DNA from: an uncultured Chthonomonadaceae bacterium
GTDB taxonomy: Bacteria > Armatimonadota > Chthonomonadetes > Chthonomonadales > Chthonomonadaceae
Length of the DNA stretch: 64,000 nucleotides
Reading direction: 5' to 3'
Assembly (NCBI GenBank): GCA_963817895.1
Contig: CAWFQB010000004.1
Coordinates: forward strand, 320,001-384,000
Shown: positions 1-10,062 of the stretch, piece after piece
How the letters are laid out: the number at the start of each line of letters is the position of its first letter
Position numbering within the stretch: position 1 is the first letter of the stretch
Position numbers and translations under genes: made by a program
Notes under the pieces: generated by a model
What the model saw: the letters and a program-made list of their open reading frames with translations, nothing else
Told to the model about the DNA's origin: nothing
Database searches by the model: none

Positions 1-445
1 GGGTTGAGGGCAGTTGCCGTAGATATTTCGCCGTCCGCGCTGAAGGTTGCGGAGCAGAACGCGCGCCGCCATGAGGTTGCCGACCGTCTGCGGTTGGTAC
101 AAGCGGATTTGCTTGCCTGCGCCGGTTCCCATGAATTCGACATCATTGTGTCCAATCCGCCGTATATTTCGAGCCGAGACGTGGATGCGCTGCAGCCGGA
201 AGTGGCCCGTTACGAGCCGCGCCTCGCGCTGGATGGCGGCAGTGACGGCCTGATACTCTATCGTACTTTAGTATCAGCAGGCCAAACATGCCCTGAAACC
301 GAATGGCTGGCTGTGGATGGAAGTGGCGCAGGGGCAGGCGCGGGATGTGAGCGCGTTGCTGCAACAGGCAGGGTATAGTAAGATACAAACCTATCTCGAC
401 CTTGCCGGCATCGAGCGGATTGTGGGCGGGAGTTTTTATGGATGA
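1..445 (+). CDS. prmC: Release factor glutamine methyltransferase (HemK/PrmC), 5'-truncated by the window, frameshift near 290
   Basis: AVDIS motif, IVSNPPYI (NPPY) and EPRLALDGGSDGL in ORF 4..378. The typical C-terminus (LKPNGWLWMEVAQGQ...DLAGIERIV) is in another frame and ends at TGA 443-445. Confidence 0.9.
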
Positions 446-1332
446 TGCGTCACCGAACAGCATGATTGTCTGCCGGAACCTGACCAAAGAGTTCGGCAGC
501 ATGACCGCTGTGGATAACCTCAATCTGGAAATCGGCGCGGGCGAACTGTTCGGGTTTTTAGGGCCGAACGGGGCAGGCAAAACCACGACCATTAAAATGC
601 TGATCGGGCTGTTGCGTCCCACAACCGGCATATGTCGTATCGGCGGTTTTGACGTTCACGCGCAGCCGCTCGATGCGCGGCGCGTTTTGGGCTACATTCC
701 CGACAACCCATTTTTGTACGAAAAACTGACGGGGCGCGAGTTTCTGAACTTCATGGCCGACCTGTACCGCGTATCGCAGGAACAGCGCGAGGAGCGTATC
801 CGCGACCTGCTGGAACTGCTGGATTTGAGCGACAAAGGCAACGACCTGATCGGCGGCTATTCGCGCGGTATGCGGCAGAAAATCGCCCTTGCGGGCGCGT
901 TCATCCACTCTCCGAAAGTGATTTTTCTGGACGAGCCGACGGTGGGACTTGACCCACGCGGGGCGCGTACCATGCGCGACATTCTGCGCGAAATGACCCA
1001 CCGGGGCACAACCGTCTTCATCTCCACGCACATTCTGGAAATCGCCGAACGCCTGTGCGACCGCGTCGCCATCATCAACAAAGGCCACATCATCGCGCAG
1101 GGGACGATGGACGATTTGCGGAGCATGACGGCAAAGGCAAGGGAAGAGGGAAAGGGAAAAGGGAAGAGAAGATACGAGATACGAGATACGAGATACGAGA
1201 AGGAGAGGATTCATCCTTCATCCTTCATCCTTCATCCTACCTGCTCCCTCTTCCCTTATTTCTCTGGAAGAGATATTCCTCCAACTGACTGGCACGGCGG
1301 AGAATGCGGACCCGGCGAAATATCTGGGATGA
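438..1332 (+). CDS. ABC transporter ATP-binding protein with an internal tandem-repeat insertion and a frameshift
   Basis: Walker A GPNGAGKT, signature YSRGMRQK, Walker B IFLDEP, H-loop. The typical tail SLEEIFLQLTG...KYLG* is in a different frame (1261-1332), and its TGA overlaps the next ATG. Confidence 0.85.
1139..1257. repeat. Compound heptamer-repeat hairpin inside the ABC ATPase gene
   Basis: GGGAA(G/A)A units, (GATACGA)x4 and (CATCCTT)x3-4, with outer inverted repeat aagggaagaggga / tccctcttccctt. Confidence 0.9.
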
Positions 1333-2070
1333 GAGCGGTGGATGGCATGTCCAATGCGGCGTCTGGCGGGCTGTTATTCGGGCTGATTGCGCAGAACCTG
1401 CTGTTTATTGGCATGGCGCTGTGGTGGATGCGGCGTGGAGGACGAACGTTCGCGTCTATTGGTTTGGCGCGTCCGACGCGGCGGGAAGTGGTGACAGGGA
1501 TTGGCGGCGGCGTTGCGGTTGCAATCGTGGGTTACGGGTTCGGGGAAGTGGAAGTATGGCTGTTGCGCGGACTGCTTGCGCCCGCAGCGTTTCAGCGTCT
1601 GCAGCGGTTCACGGACGCTTACGGGGCCGAACACGCTTTTCTGCAATTGCCCGCATTCTGGATGATGGCAGGTTTTGCCCTGATTGGCTCGCTGCTGGCC
1701 CCGGTTGCCGAGGAGATGCTGTTTCGGGGCGTGATTTTTCACAGTCTGCAGGAGCGGTGGCGATTTGGGAACAGGGGGCGCGATTGTCGGCAGCAGCCTG
1801 CTGTTCGCGCTTGCGCATGTCAGCCCGCTTGCCCTGTTGCCCCTGTTTCTGATGGGTATGGCGTTTGCAGCCATGTACGTCCGTACCGGTTCCCTGTGGG
1901 TTCCCATCGGGATGCATGTCGCCAATAATGCCGTCAGTTTCGCGTTGCTGGCGTGGATGGTCATGCGAGCATCTTTTGAGGAGAATGTATGGAAGCGCCG
2001 CCTTCTGAGTCCCAAGCGAATATCCCCCGTTTGCCCTGCTGTTTCCGGTTGTCGAGCGTGTTGCTTGTGA
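1329..2070 (+). CDS. CPBP (CAAX/Abi) family intramembrane metalloprotease, frameshift near 1765, 3' end uncertain
   Basis: APVAEEMLFRG (EExxxR), LFALAH and HVANN motifs split over two frames; multiple hydrophobic helices; ATGA overlap with the upstream stop. Confidence 0.8.
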
Positions 2071-3022
2071 TGGGATTGATGGGATGGCAGATGCGGCGGC
2101 GCAGCGGCCGGTGGAAATACCGGAACTGACGGCGGCGGGCAATGCGCTGAAAGCCAACAATGTCGAAAAGGCGCGGCAGCAGTTTGAGAAAGCTCTGAGC
2201 AAAGCCTCCGATACGCCGCTGCTGTATCGCGCCATAATGGGCGAGTGTACCGAAGTTGGGCCGATATGGATCTGGCCTGCGAGTACGGCGAACGCGCGAT
2301 TCAGGTCTGCCGGTACGTTCCCGAATGCGGACCGCGCGGAATTGTACGAAACGCTGGCGAGTTGTTACGCGGATGGTCACGAACCGCCGCCCGCAACCTC
2401 GCGCTATCGAGTACGCGCGCCGCGCGCTTGGAACTCGCGCCGGACGATGCCAACGCGCTGAACACTCTGGGCTATATTATGTCGGAAAACGTTCAGACGG
2501 AACCGGAAGCCAACATCGCGCTCGGCTATGTCAATCATGCGCTGAACCTGCTGCGCGAACAGGTCGGCGCTCCGCCGCGAACTGCTGGCGCTGGTCGAAG
2601 ACAGTTATGGGTGGGCGCTGTACAAGCGGGGCCGATTCCATGCGGAAGACTACGCCCACGCCGCCGATGCGCTGCGTCAGGCCATTGCGGATATACCGCC
2701 GGGGTTGCCGGACGCGGCGCAAAAAGTAATGTACTATCATCTTGGAGCCGCCTGCCGCGCCGCCGGTCAAATCGAAGAGGCGCGTCACGCGCTTCAGATC
2801 GCGCTGTTATACGACCCACAGTATGCCGAAGCGCAAAGAGGAACTGAACGCGCTTCCGCCTCAAGCGCCGTACTGCGCCTTCCAAGGGCGTTCCCACAAC
2901 GAACACAACAAACCGACGACGCTTGCCATCCCGAAAACCCCTGTCCCCGCTGTGCCGGTGCAGACACTCGGATGGCAAGCCTATCTTCAAACCCCTGCGC
3001 GACAGCAAGCCCGTCAAAATGA
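1989..3022 (+). CDS. TPR-repeat protein, broken by several frameshifts; boundaries approximate
   Basis: GAGGAG before ATG 1989. TPR-like fragments in successive frames: ARQQFEKALSK, LELAPDDANALNTLGY, DSYGWALYK, YYHLGAACRAAGQIEEARHALQIALLYDPQYAEA. Confidence 0.6.
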
Positions 3023-3169
3023 AATTCTTAACTTCTTATTTATAAAAAACTTGAAAATTCTGAAACCATCTTTAGAAGTTTTGAAGTATTCAAGAGTAGA
3101 TCGCCATCGCGAAGAGCGCGGAAGTTAAGATTCCCGTAAACGGTCCCTCGGCTGCCGGAGGAACTCTCT

Positions 3170-3583
3170 ATGGCGAAAATATTGACGCGCTGCCCCGTTT
3201 GTGAGGCCGCGCTGAAAGTAACGGAACTGACGTGCCTGCGCTGCAAAACGCAGGTGCGCAGCACGTTTGATACGTGCCGCTTTTGCCGTCTTGCGCCCGA
3301 ACATCTGGCCTTTGTGGAACTGTTTCTGCGCAATGAGGGCAATCTCAGCCGCGTGGAAAAACAACTCGGCCTTTCGTATCCCACCGTGCGCAACAAACTG
3401 TCGGCCGCGCTGGCCGCGCTGGGATTCACCGAAGAAGCCGAAAGCAACTCTGCCGTCGGACACACAGAGAACGAGGGCGGCGACTTGGAAACGCTTCAGC
3501 GCCGCCGCAATGTGCTGGAAGCGCTGGCGCGCGGCGACATTCGCGCCGACGAAGCCGCTGAACTGCTGAAAGACGTGATGTAG
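3170..3583 (+). CDS. DUF2089 family protein (Zn ribbon + HTH) with SHOCT-like tail
   Basis: CPVC...CLRC, GNLSRVEKQLGLSYPTVRNKL, tail VLEALARGDIRADEAAELL; GGAGG RBS. Confidence 0.85.
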   Translation: MAKILTRCPVCEAALKVTELTCLRCKTQVRSTFDTCRFCRLAPEHLAFVELFLRNEGNLSRVEKQLGLSYPTVRNKLSAALAALGFTEEAESNSAVGHTENEGGDLETLQRRRNVLEALARGDIRADEAAELLKDVM

Positions 3584-3684
3584 GTTGTTAGGTTGTTAGT
3601 TGTTAGGTTGCGTAGGTTCATCGTAAATGTATCCTGATTAAACCTAAAGACCTAACAACTAACAACCTAACAACTAACAACCTA
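3581..3684. repeat. Intergenic 7/8-mer tandem inverted repeat (GGTTGTTA)n...(TAACAACC)n
   Basis: The left arm starts on the DUF2089 TAG stop; the right arm 3641-3684 is its approximate reverse complement. Confidence 0.9.
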
Positions 3685-3699
3685 GTGAGGAACCCAACC

Positions 3700-5161
3700 A
3701 TGGATGAAAACGTAATGCGCGTCCTGCAAATGTTGCAGGAGGGGAAAATCAGCGCGTCAGGAAGCCGAAACGCTGATTGCCGCTTTGCGCGGCGAGTCGC
3801 CCGAATCTGCCGCCGCCGCTGCTGAAACTGAAGCGGCGGCAAGCGGGGAAGCCGAAGACAAGAAGGCGGAAAAAGAGGACAGGTCCCTGTTTGATAGCCT
3901 GCCGTTCGACAAGTTCAAGGACATCAAACCACCCAAAATCGAACTCAGCAATCTGGGCGACCGCATCTCCAAAGCCGTTGCCCGCGTACAGCCGGAAAAA
4001 ATCGTCAAGCGGGTGCAAACCGAACTGCGCAAAGCGACAAAGGCCGGAGCCAACTGGGGTACGTCCGTCACGTCGCGGGTTCGGACTTGGTCGGACGGCG
4101 AGGGCGGACGGCCTACGAACAGCATGGATTTGCCGCAGCACACCGAAAGCGTGGATCAGGAATTTCATCTGGAACCCGGCGCGAAAGTGTATGTGGAAAA
4201 CCCGCTTGGCAGCGTGAAAGTGACCGGTATCGCGGAGGGAACCGCGTCGGTTACGATCAGCAAAGTGGCGTGGGGTACGACCGTAGAGGAGGCCCAGGCC
4301 GCTGTCGCGCAAATGGAAATCAACCTGCACGGCACGGATGCGCGTCTGGACATCAAAGTGTCCACGACGGATACGTTCCGCGAGGGAACCGTTGATCTGG
4401 AACTGAAAGTACCGCGCAACGCCGCCAACGTTCGCGTCAACAGCCATTACGGGATCGTGGAATTGACGGAACTGGACGGCCTGGCGGAGGGCGTGACCAC
4501 AAGCGGCCTGCTGCATCTGCACGATCTTGGTGGCGATGTTCGGGGCGAAACCGCCAATGGCGATGTGAAAGTGGAGCGGATTGCGGGTTCGGCAACTGTC
4601 GCGTCGCAGTCGGGCGACATTACCGCCGATGATGTGAAGCGCGGCCTGATTGCCAATGCTGCCAGTGGCGACGTGAAGGCGTCCAACATCGAGGGCGGGC
4701 GCGTGGAGTGCAAGTCCGTATCGGGGGATTCCACGCTGGAAAAAGCGGGGCAGCAGAACCCGGTGGATATTGTCGTCGAGTCCGTATCAGGCAACGCCAC
4801 GCTGCTGGACGCGAGCGGCAGCATCTCCGTCAAGGCCGTATCGGGCGATGTCAAGGCGGAAAACCTTGTCGCGACTCGCTTGCAGGCGCAGACCGTGAGC
4901 GGTGATGTAACCCTGAAACTCAAAGAAGCCTTTTCCAGCACGATGCAGGTGAATACCGTTTCGGGTGACGTGACTATAGGCCTGATCGAAGGCAGCAACG
5001 TCCGCCTGTCGCTGGCAACCACGTCCGGAGACCTGAAAACCGATTTTGAGGCGCAGGACGTGAACGCGGGAGAAACCCTGTGGACAGGCGTCCTCGGAAC
5101 CGGCGCAGGAACGCTCAACGTGCAGACCATTTCGGGCGATGTGAACATTCAGAAGGGTTAG
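3700..5161 (+). CDS. DUF4097 (Toastrack/adhesin-like beta-repeat) protein with N-terminal SHOCT-like motif, frameshift near 3757
   Basis: MDENVMRVLQMLQEGKISA from ATG 3700 continues as EAETLIAAL into ORF 3785..5161; many (T/S)VSGD(V/I) repeats. Confidence 0.85.
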
Positions 5162-5238
5162 ATAGGAGATACAAGATACAAGATAAGAGGAGTTGTATGT
5201 GAGTGCCTCGTATCTCGTATCTCGTATCTCTCATCTCA
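5159..5238. repeat. Intergenic heptamer inverted repeat (AGATACA)n...(TCGTATC)n
   Basis: Starts on the TAG stop; same unit family as the GATACGA repeats found inside genes. Confidence 0.85.
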
Positions 5239-5259
5239 TCCCTTTCAAGGAGTGACCCC

Positions 5260-5892
5260 ATGAACGACGCCAACCGCGAAAGCATTATGAAGATGGTTGG
5301 GGATGGCACGTTGCGCCCGGAGGAAGCCGCCCAACTCCTCGCGAAACTGAGCGACGAGGAGGAGGCCGCGAAAACGCAGGCCAGCGCCAAAACCAGAGCC
5401 GAGGCTGACAAAGAAAAAATTGAAAAAGCGGAAAAGACGAAGCCCACAATGGAGAAAATCACCATTCCGAGCGCGGACGGGTCGGAGCGCACCATTGAAG
5501 TGCCTTCCAGCCTGATGCCGATGATCGGCAGAATGGTGGGCGAAGCGGTCAAGCAGCATACCAAAAAAGTCGTCAAAGAGTCGGTGGCGGGCGCGAAAAT
5601 CATGGCCCAAAACAAGTACGACGAGGTGAAGGATACGCTTAAAACCGCCATCAAGGGCAACAAGAAGGCGAAAGAAGACGACAAACCGGAAATCGCGCCG
5701 ACCGAAGACAAGCGGTTCGCGGCCCGAAAGCAGATATTGCAGATGGTGCAGAACGGACGCATCACGGCAACCGATGCTGGACGGCTGATTCAGGAACTGG
5801 ACGCGCTGGAAGCCTACGAGGAGAAGCAATCGCAGCCGCCCCAGCCGCCCAACTCCGAGGGCGGCAGGCAGGCAAAGGACAAGCGCAAATGA
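5260..5892 (+). CDS. Protein with two SHOCT-like motifs
   Basis: IMKMVGDGTLRPEEAAQLL and ILQMVQNGRITATDAGRLI; AGGAG RBS. Confidence 0.7.
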   Translation: MNDANRESIMKMVGDGTLRPEEAAQLLAKLSDEEEAAKTQASAKTRAEADKEKIEKAEKTKPTMEKITIPSADGSERTIEVPSSLMPMIGRMVGEAVKQHTKKVVKESVAGAKIMAQNKYDEVKDTLKTAIKGNKKAKEDDKPEIAPTEDKRFAARKQILQMVQNGRITATDAGRLIQELDALEAYEEKQSQPPQPPNSEGGRQAKDKRK

Positions 5893-7080
5893 AATATTTT
5901 CTGATAGTGCCGGATGGCGCGGCGGACGAACCCATGCCGGAACTCGACGGCAAAACGCCTCTGGAAGTGGCGCGTACCCCCAATCTGGACAAACTGGCGG
6001 AAAAGGGGCTTGTGGGTTCCGTGCAGGTGACGCCGCTCGACATGTATCCGGGCAGCGACGCGGCAAATATGGCGTTGCTTGGTTACGACCCAACGCGTTA
6101 CTATACCGGACGCGGCCCGATTGAGGCGGCGGCAATGGAGATTCCGCTCGACCCGAAAGACGTGGCGTTTCGCTGTTCGCTCATCAGCACGGACGGGGAA
6201 ACCCTGCTGGATTACAGTTCGGGGCATATCACGACGGAAGAAGCCCGTCCCATTATCGAACTGGCAAACCAGAAGTTGTGTTCGCGGGCGCAGCGTTTGT
6301 TTACGGGTGTGCAGTATCGGCATATCATGCGCTGGACGGACGGGCCGACGGAAGTGCAGACGCATCCGCCGCATGAGAGTCATGGGCAAGAAACTGACGG
6401 AAGTTTACCCGCAGGGCGAAGGCGACAGCAAAATTCGCGCCTTCGCAGAGGATTCCCTGAACCTGCTGCACGACCTGCCGTTCAACAAAAAACGCCGGGA
6501 TGAGGGCAAAATGCCCGCCAATATGCTGTGGCCGTGGAGTCCGGGGCGAACGCCGGAACTGCCCACATTCTTGAAAAAGCGCGGCATGACCGGGGCCGTG
6601 ATTTCCGCTGTGGACGTGGTGCGCGGCTTGGGCAAACTGACGGGACTGGAAATACTCAGCGTTCCGGGCGCGACAGGGTATTTCGATACCAACTATGCGG
6701 GTAAAGCGCAGGCCGCTGTGGACGCGACTGAACGGCACGATTTTGTGTGGATACACGTCGAGGCGCCGGATGAGGCGGGGCATGAAGGCAACCTTGACGA
6801 GAAAATCCGGGCGATTGAGAACATAGACAAACTGGTCATTGGAACCCTGCTGGAGCAGATGCGCAAGCGGGACGATTTTCGACTGCTAATCTCGCCTGAC
6901 CATAAAACTCCCGTCGCTACGCGCCGTCACGCCGTCGGCCCGGTTCCTTTCCTGCTGTACGACTCGCGCCGCGCCCTCCGTTCAGGCGGCGCGTTGCCGT
7001 ATGATGAACGCGCCCTGCACGAAGCCCGAACCAACCTGCCGGAAGGCTACCGTCTGATAGAGGAGTTGTTTGGGGAGTGA
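5889..7080 (+). CDS. apgM: Cofactor-independent phosphoglycerate mutase (archaeal-type), frameshift near 6375
   Basis: DGAAD, GKTPLEVA, PGSDAAN, GRGPIEAA, HVEAPDEAGH and PDHKTP motifs across two frames. Confidence 0.85.
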
Positions 7081-7144
7081 GCAAAGGTTGTTAGTTGTTA
7101 GGTTGTTAGGTTGTTAGCGCGCGAACCTAACAACCTAACAACTA

Positions 7145-8173
7145 GGGCCTTGTGCTAGTTAGGGAAGGCCAGTGCCTTGATCTGCAAGAACTCTGCCTTG
7201 CCGAGCAAGCGGTTTAGATAGATGCACACGGTATGGGCGGTCAACTTGGCGTACAAGCGGGTACACAAGCCCCAAAAACTATGCGCATGATTGGTTTCGA
7301 CGTTGAACTGTTGCGTGAGTTGCCCATTGACCGTCTCGATTATCTGCCGCAAACGGTTGAAGCGGTACTTGGTTTCGCGACTAACCTGTTGTTTCTGGTT
7401 GGAACGCGGCAGGGTTAGCAGACGGACATTGCGTTGGGCACACTGTTCCTTCGCTTCCTGACTGATGTAGCCTTTGTCGCCCATGACCAGCAAATTCGCG
7501 TGGGCCGACAGGATTTCCTGCCCCACGCTCAGGTCGGTTTCGTTGGCAGGGGCGAGTTCAAAGTCCAGAATAGTTCCGTTGACAGCTAACAACAAGTGCA
7601 GTTTGTAGCCGAAGATTGTCCACTTCTTGGAACTGACTTTGCCGAAGGTCGCGCCGTGTTCTTTCCAGCCGCTGCCCGCCTGCGGAGCCAGATGAAAGCC
7701 GACAACGGGAACCGGCAGGCTGTCAAGCAAGCATTGTCCATCTTGGGCTAAGTCCAACAAGCCAAGTACACCTTGACGGATCAGGTTCATCGCCTGACAC
7801 AGGGTACGGCGGCGACGATTGAAGCGCGAACGCTCGGGCAAATGCGGGAATAAGTGGCGGTACATCCGCCATTCCTGCATCATCTCCGTTTCTTTGTCCC
7901 ACCCCCGGCACTCGCCCACAAGGGCGAGCGTGAGCAATTCGGCATCACTGCACTCGGATTGGGGGCCGGGATGGGTGAACTGACTGCCGATTTCTTGCCA
8001 GATACTGTCAATCACATAGTAGACCCACAAGCAGAAGTCGTCAAAATGCGTTATCATGGAAGTGCCTTTCGTTACGCGCGGAGTTTGTGTGATGATAAAC
8101 TCTTGTACGTAACGAAGGCACAAACTGAACAAAGGACAGGCCACACAATGACGTGCTAACTAGCACAAGGCCC
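7145..8173 (-). mobile_element. IS982-family insertion sequence
   Basis: Perfect 18-bp terminal IRs GGGCCTTGTGCTAGTTAG (7145-7162 and 8156-8173), 5-bp target duplication AACTA (7140-7144 and 8174-8178), single transposase. Confidence 0.92.
7155..8057 (-). CDS. IS982-family DDE transposase
   Basis: SDAELLT, RSRFNRRRR, LDSLPVPV, FGYKLH, GDKGYIS, RQIIETVNGQL; stop codon lies inside the IR. Confidence 0.92.
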   Translation of the reverse strand: MITHFDDFCLWVYYVIDSIWQEIGSQFTHPGPQSECSDAELLTLALVGECRGWDKETEMMQEWRMYRHLFPHLPERSRFNRRRRTLCQAMNLIRQGVLGLLDLAQDGQCLLDSLPVPVVGFHLAPQAGSGWKEHGATFGKVSSKKWTIFGYKLHLLLAVNGTILDFELAPANETDLSVGQEILSAHANLLVMGDKGYISQEAKEQCAQRNVRLLTLPRSNQKQQVSRETKYRFNRLRQIIETVNGQLTQQFNVETNHAHSFWGLCTRLYAKLTAHTVCIYLNRLLGKAEFLQIKALAFPN

Positions 8174-8198
8174 AACTAACAACCTAACAACTCAAACC

Positions 8199-8234
8199 AA
8201 AAGCCCGAAACCACAACAATGGTTTCGGGCTTTT
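8199..8234. terminator. Bidirectional intrinsic terminator
   Basis: Perfect 15-bp stem AAAAGCCCGAAACCA / TGGTTTCGGGCTTTT between convergent transcription units. Confidence 0.8.
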
Positions 8235-8289
8235 AGTTTGTTTGCGGGACGCGCAGGGAAAAGCGCGACCGCGAACAAAACGGCAGGGG

Positions 8290-8610
8290 CTACATTTTGC
8301 CGCCCTTGTCCATTTTGTCGCCGCCCATTTTGCCCTTGTCGCCGCTCATCTTGCTCTTATCGGTCATTTTGCCCTTGCCGGTCATCTTGCCCTTGCCGGT
8401 CATTTTGCCTTTGCTGGTCATCTTGCCCTTGCTGGTCATTTTGCCTTTGCCGGACATCTTGCTTTTGTCGGCCATCTTGCCGCCCATTTTGTCCTGAGAC
8501 ATTTTGCCCTTGTCCATCTTGTCTTTATCCATCTTGTCCTGGGCGACGCTGGAACCTACGACACCGAACATCAGAGTGGCGACGCTCAACAATGCAAGCA
8601 ACTTCTTCAT
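8290..8610 (-). CDS. Secreted Met/Lys-rich repeat protein (pentapeptide MXKDX-like)
   Basis: GGAGGA RBS, signal peptide MKKLLALL...SVA, then repeated DKM/GKM units. Confidence 0.85.
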   Translation of the reverse strand: MKKLLALLSVATLMFGVVGSSVAQDKMDKDKMDKGKMSQDKMGGKMADKSKMSGKGKMTSKGKMTSKGKMTGKGKMTGKGKMTDKSKMSGDKGKMGGDKMDKGGKM

Positions 8611-8949
8611 GACAAATCCTCCCACGGTTATTATACTCACGTTGATTGGGCGCTCTGCATCGGCATGAGATAAAATTCAGCATGGCATAAGGATGCAGGC
8701 ATTTCCCCGCATATATTAGGCAAACAGCCCTGCTATTCCTGCCTGCCCTGCGCAAAAGAATCTTTTTTATTAAAAATTTTCATAGAATATATCGAAAGTT
8801 GTAGTATTTACAGGCGGCATGTCTTCTTTTGCGCGGAAGCGTTGCGGCAACGGCGTCGGGTATAATGTTGCCGTCCACTTTCCAATAACAAGATTAGAAA
8901 CCCAGGCGAAAATTTCTGTGGACAGCACCGGTTTGGAGGCTTTAAGACA

Positions 8950-10062
8950 ATGACGCAAACGCCCCTGCCGCCTGTGAGCGATAACATCACGCGGCTGATT
9001 CCTTATACTCCCGGCAAACCTGTGGATGAGGTGAAGCGAGAGCTTGGCCTGACGCATGTGGTCAAGCTGGCGAGCAATGAAAACTCGCTCGGCCCCGCGC
9101 CCAAAGCTATAGAAGCGGTTCAGAAGATGGCCGCGAAAATGCACATCTACCCGGATGCCGATGTTCACGAACTGCGGCAGGCGCTTGCCGCGCATCTGGA
9201 GGTCGCGCCCGAAACGCTTGTGTTCGGCAACGGCTCGGACGACATCATTCATCTGCTCGGACTTACGCTGCTTTTGCCGGGCGATGAAATTATACAGGCC
9301 GATCCCAGTTTCGTGCGCTACGAGGCCGCCGCCATTTTCAACAACGCGGTCTGCCATTTTGTGCCATTAACGCCAGATTTCCGCCACGACCTGAAGGCAA
9401 TGGCCGACCGCGTCAATGACCGGACCCGCCTGATTTTTATCTGCAATCCCAATAACCCCACTTCGACGATTGTAACGCGGGAGGAACTGGAAGCGTTTCT
9501 GGCGATTGTTCCGCCTCGTGTCGTGGTGGTTCTGGATGAGGCGTATTACGAGTACGCGATGGGAGCGGCGGAGTACCCGGACAGCCTGCGCTATGTACGC
9601 GAAGGGCGCAACGTGGTTGTGCTGCGTACCTTTTCCAAAGCCTACGGGCTGGCAGGGCATCGTATCGGGTACGGCGTGATGCGCCCCGAAATCGCCGGAT
9701 GGCTGAACCGGACGCGCGAACCGTTCAATGTCAACTATATGGCGCAGGTGGCTGCCGTCGCCGCCCTGTCCGATGCGGAGCATATCGCGCGTACCCTTGC
9801 CATGAACGAACGGGGTAAATGCGATCTGTACGCGGGCTGCGAAGAACTTGGCCTGACGGTTACGCCCACGTATGCCAATTTCGTCTGGATTGATCTCAAA
9901 ACCGATGCGAAAGCCATATTTCAGGGCTTGCTGCATCGGGGCGTGATTGCCCGCGTCAGCGACAGTTTCCGCGCCCCGACCCATATCCGCGTCACCATCG
10001 GCACACCCGAAGAGAACGCATGCTTCCTGTCCGCTCTGCGCGAAGTGTTGAAAGATGTGTAG
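8950..10062 (+). CDS. hisC: Histidinol-phosphate aminotransferase
   Basis: KLASNEN, GNGSDD, NPNNPT, DEAYYEY, RTFSKAYGLAGHRIGY (PLP lysine). Confidence 0.95.
   Translation: MTQTPLPPVSDNITRLIPYTPGKPVDEVKRELGLTHVVKLASNENSLGPAPKAIEAVQKMAAKMHIYPDADVHELRQALAAHLEVAPETLVFGNGSDDIIHLLGLTLLLPGDEIIQADPSFVRYEAAAIFNNAVCHFVPLTPDFRHDLKAMADRVNDRTRLIFICNPNNPTSTIVTREELEAFLAIVPPRVVVVLDEAYYEYAMGAAEYPDSLRYVREGRNVVVLRTFSKAYGLAGHRIGYGVMRPEIAGWLNRTREPFNVNYMAQVAAVAALSDAEHIARTLAMNERGKCDLYAGCEELGLTVTPTYANFVWIDLKTDAKAIFQGLLHRGVIARVSDSFRAPTHIRVTIGTPEENACFLSALREVLKDV

Larger units (their letters stand above)
7085..8192. repeat. GGTTGTTA/TAACAACC inverted tandem repeat split by an IS982 insertion
   Basis: Left arm 7085-7117. 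The right arm begins at 7124, is interrupted at 7144 and resumes at 8174. Confidence 0.85.

Noticed and set aside
1..11. GGGTTGAGGGC matching the tail of the REP-like element inside prmC
   Set aside because: Only 11 nt at the window edge, and it encodes a plausible PrmC segment; cannot be judged.
402..1928. 508-aa ABC ATPase-CPBP protease fusion as a real novel protein
   Set aside because: The normal ATPase tail and an ATGA-coupled stop/start exist in another frame; the fusion depends on one frameshift inside the repeat.
8238..8673. Plus-strand repeat ORFs (CPC/GHLAL/LPLPV)
   Set aside because: Antisense shadows of the Lys-Met repeat gene, which has the RBS and signal peptide.
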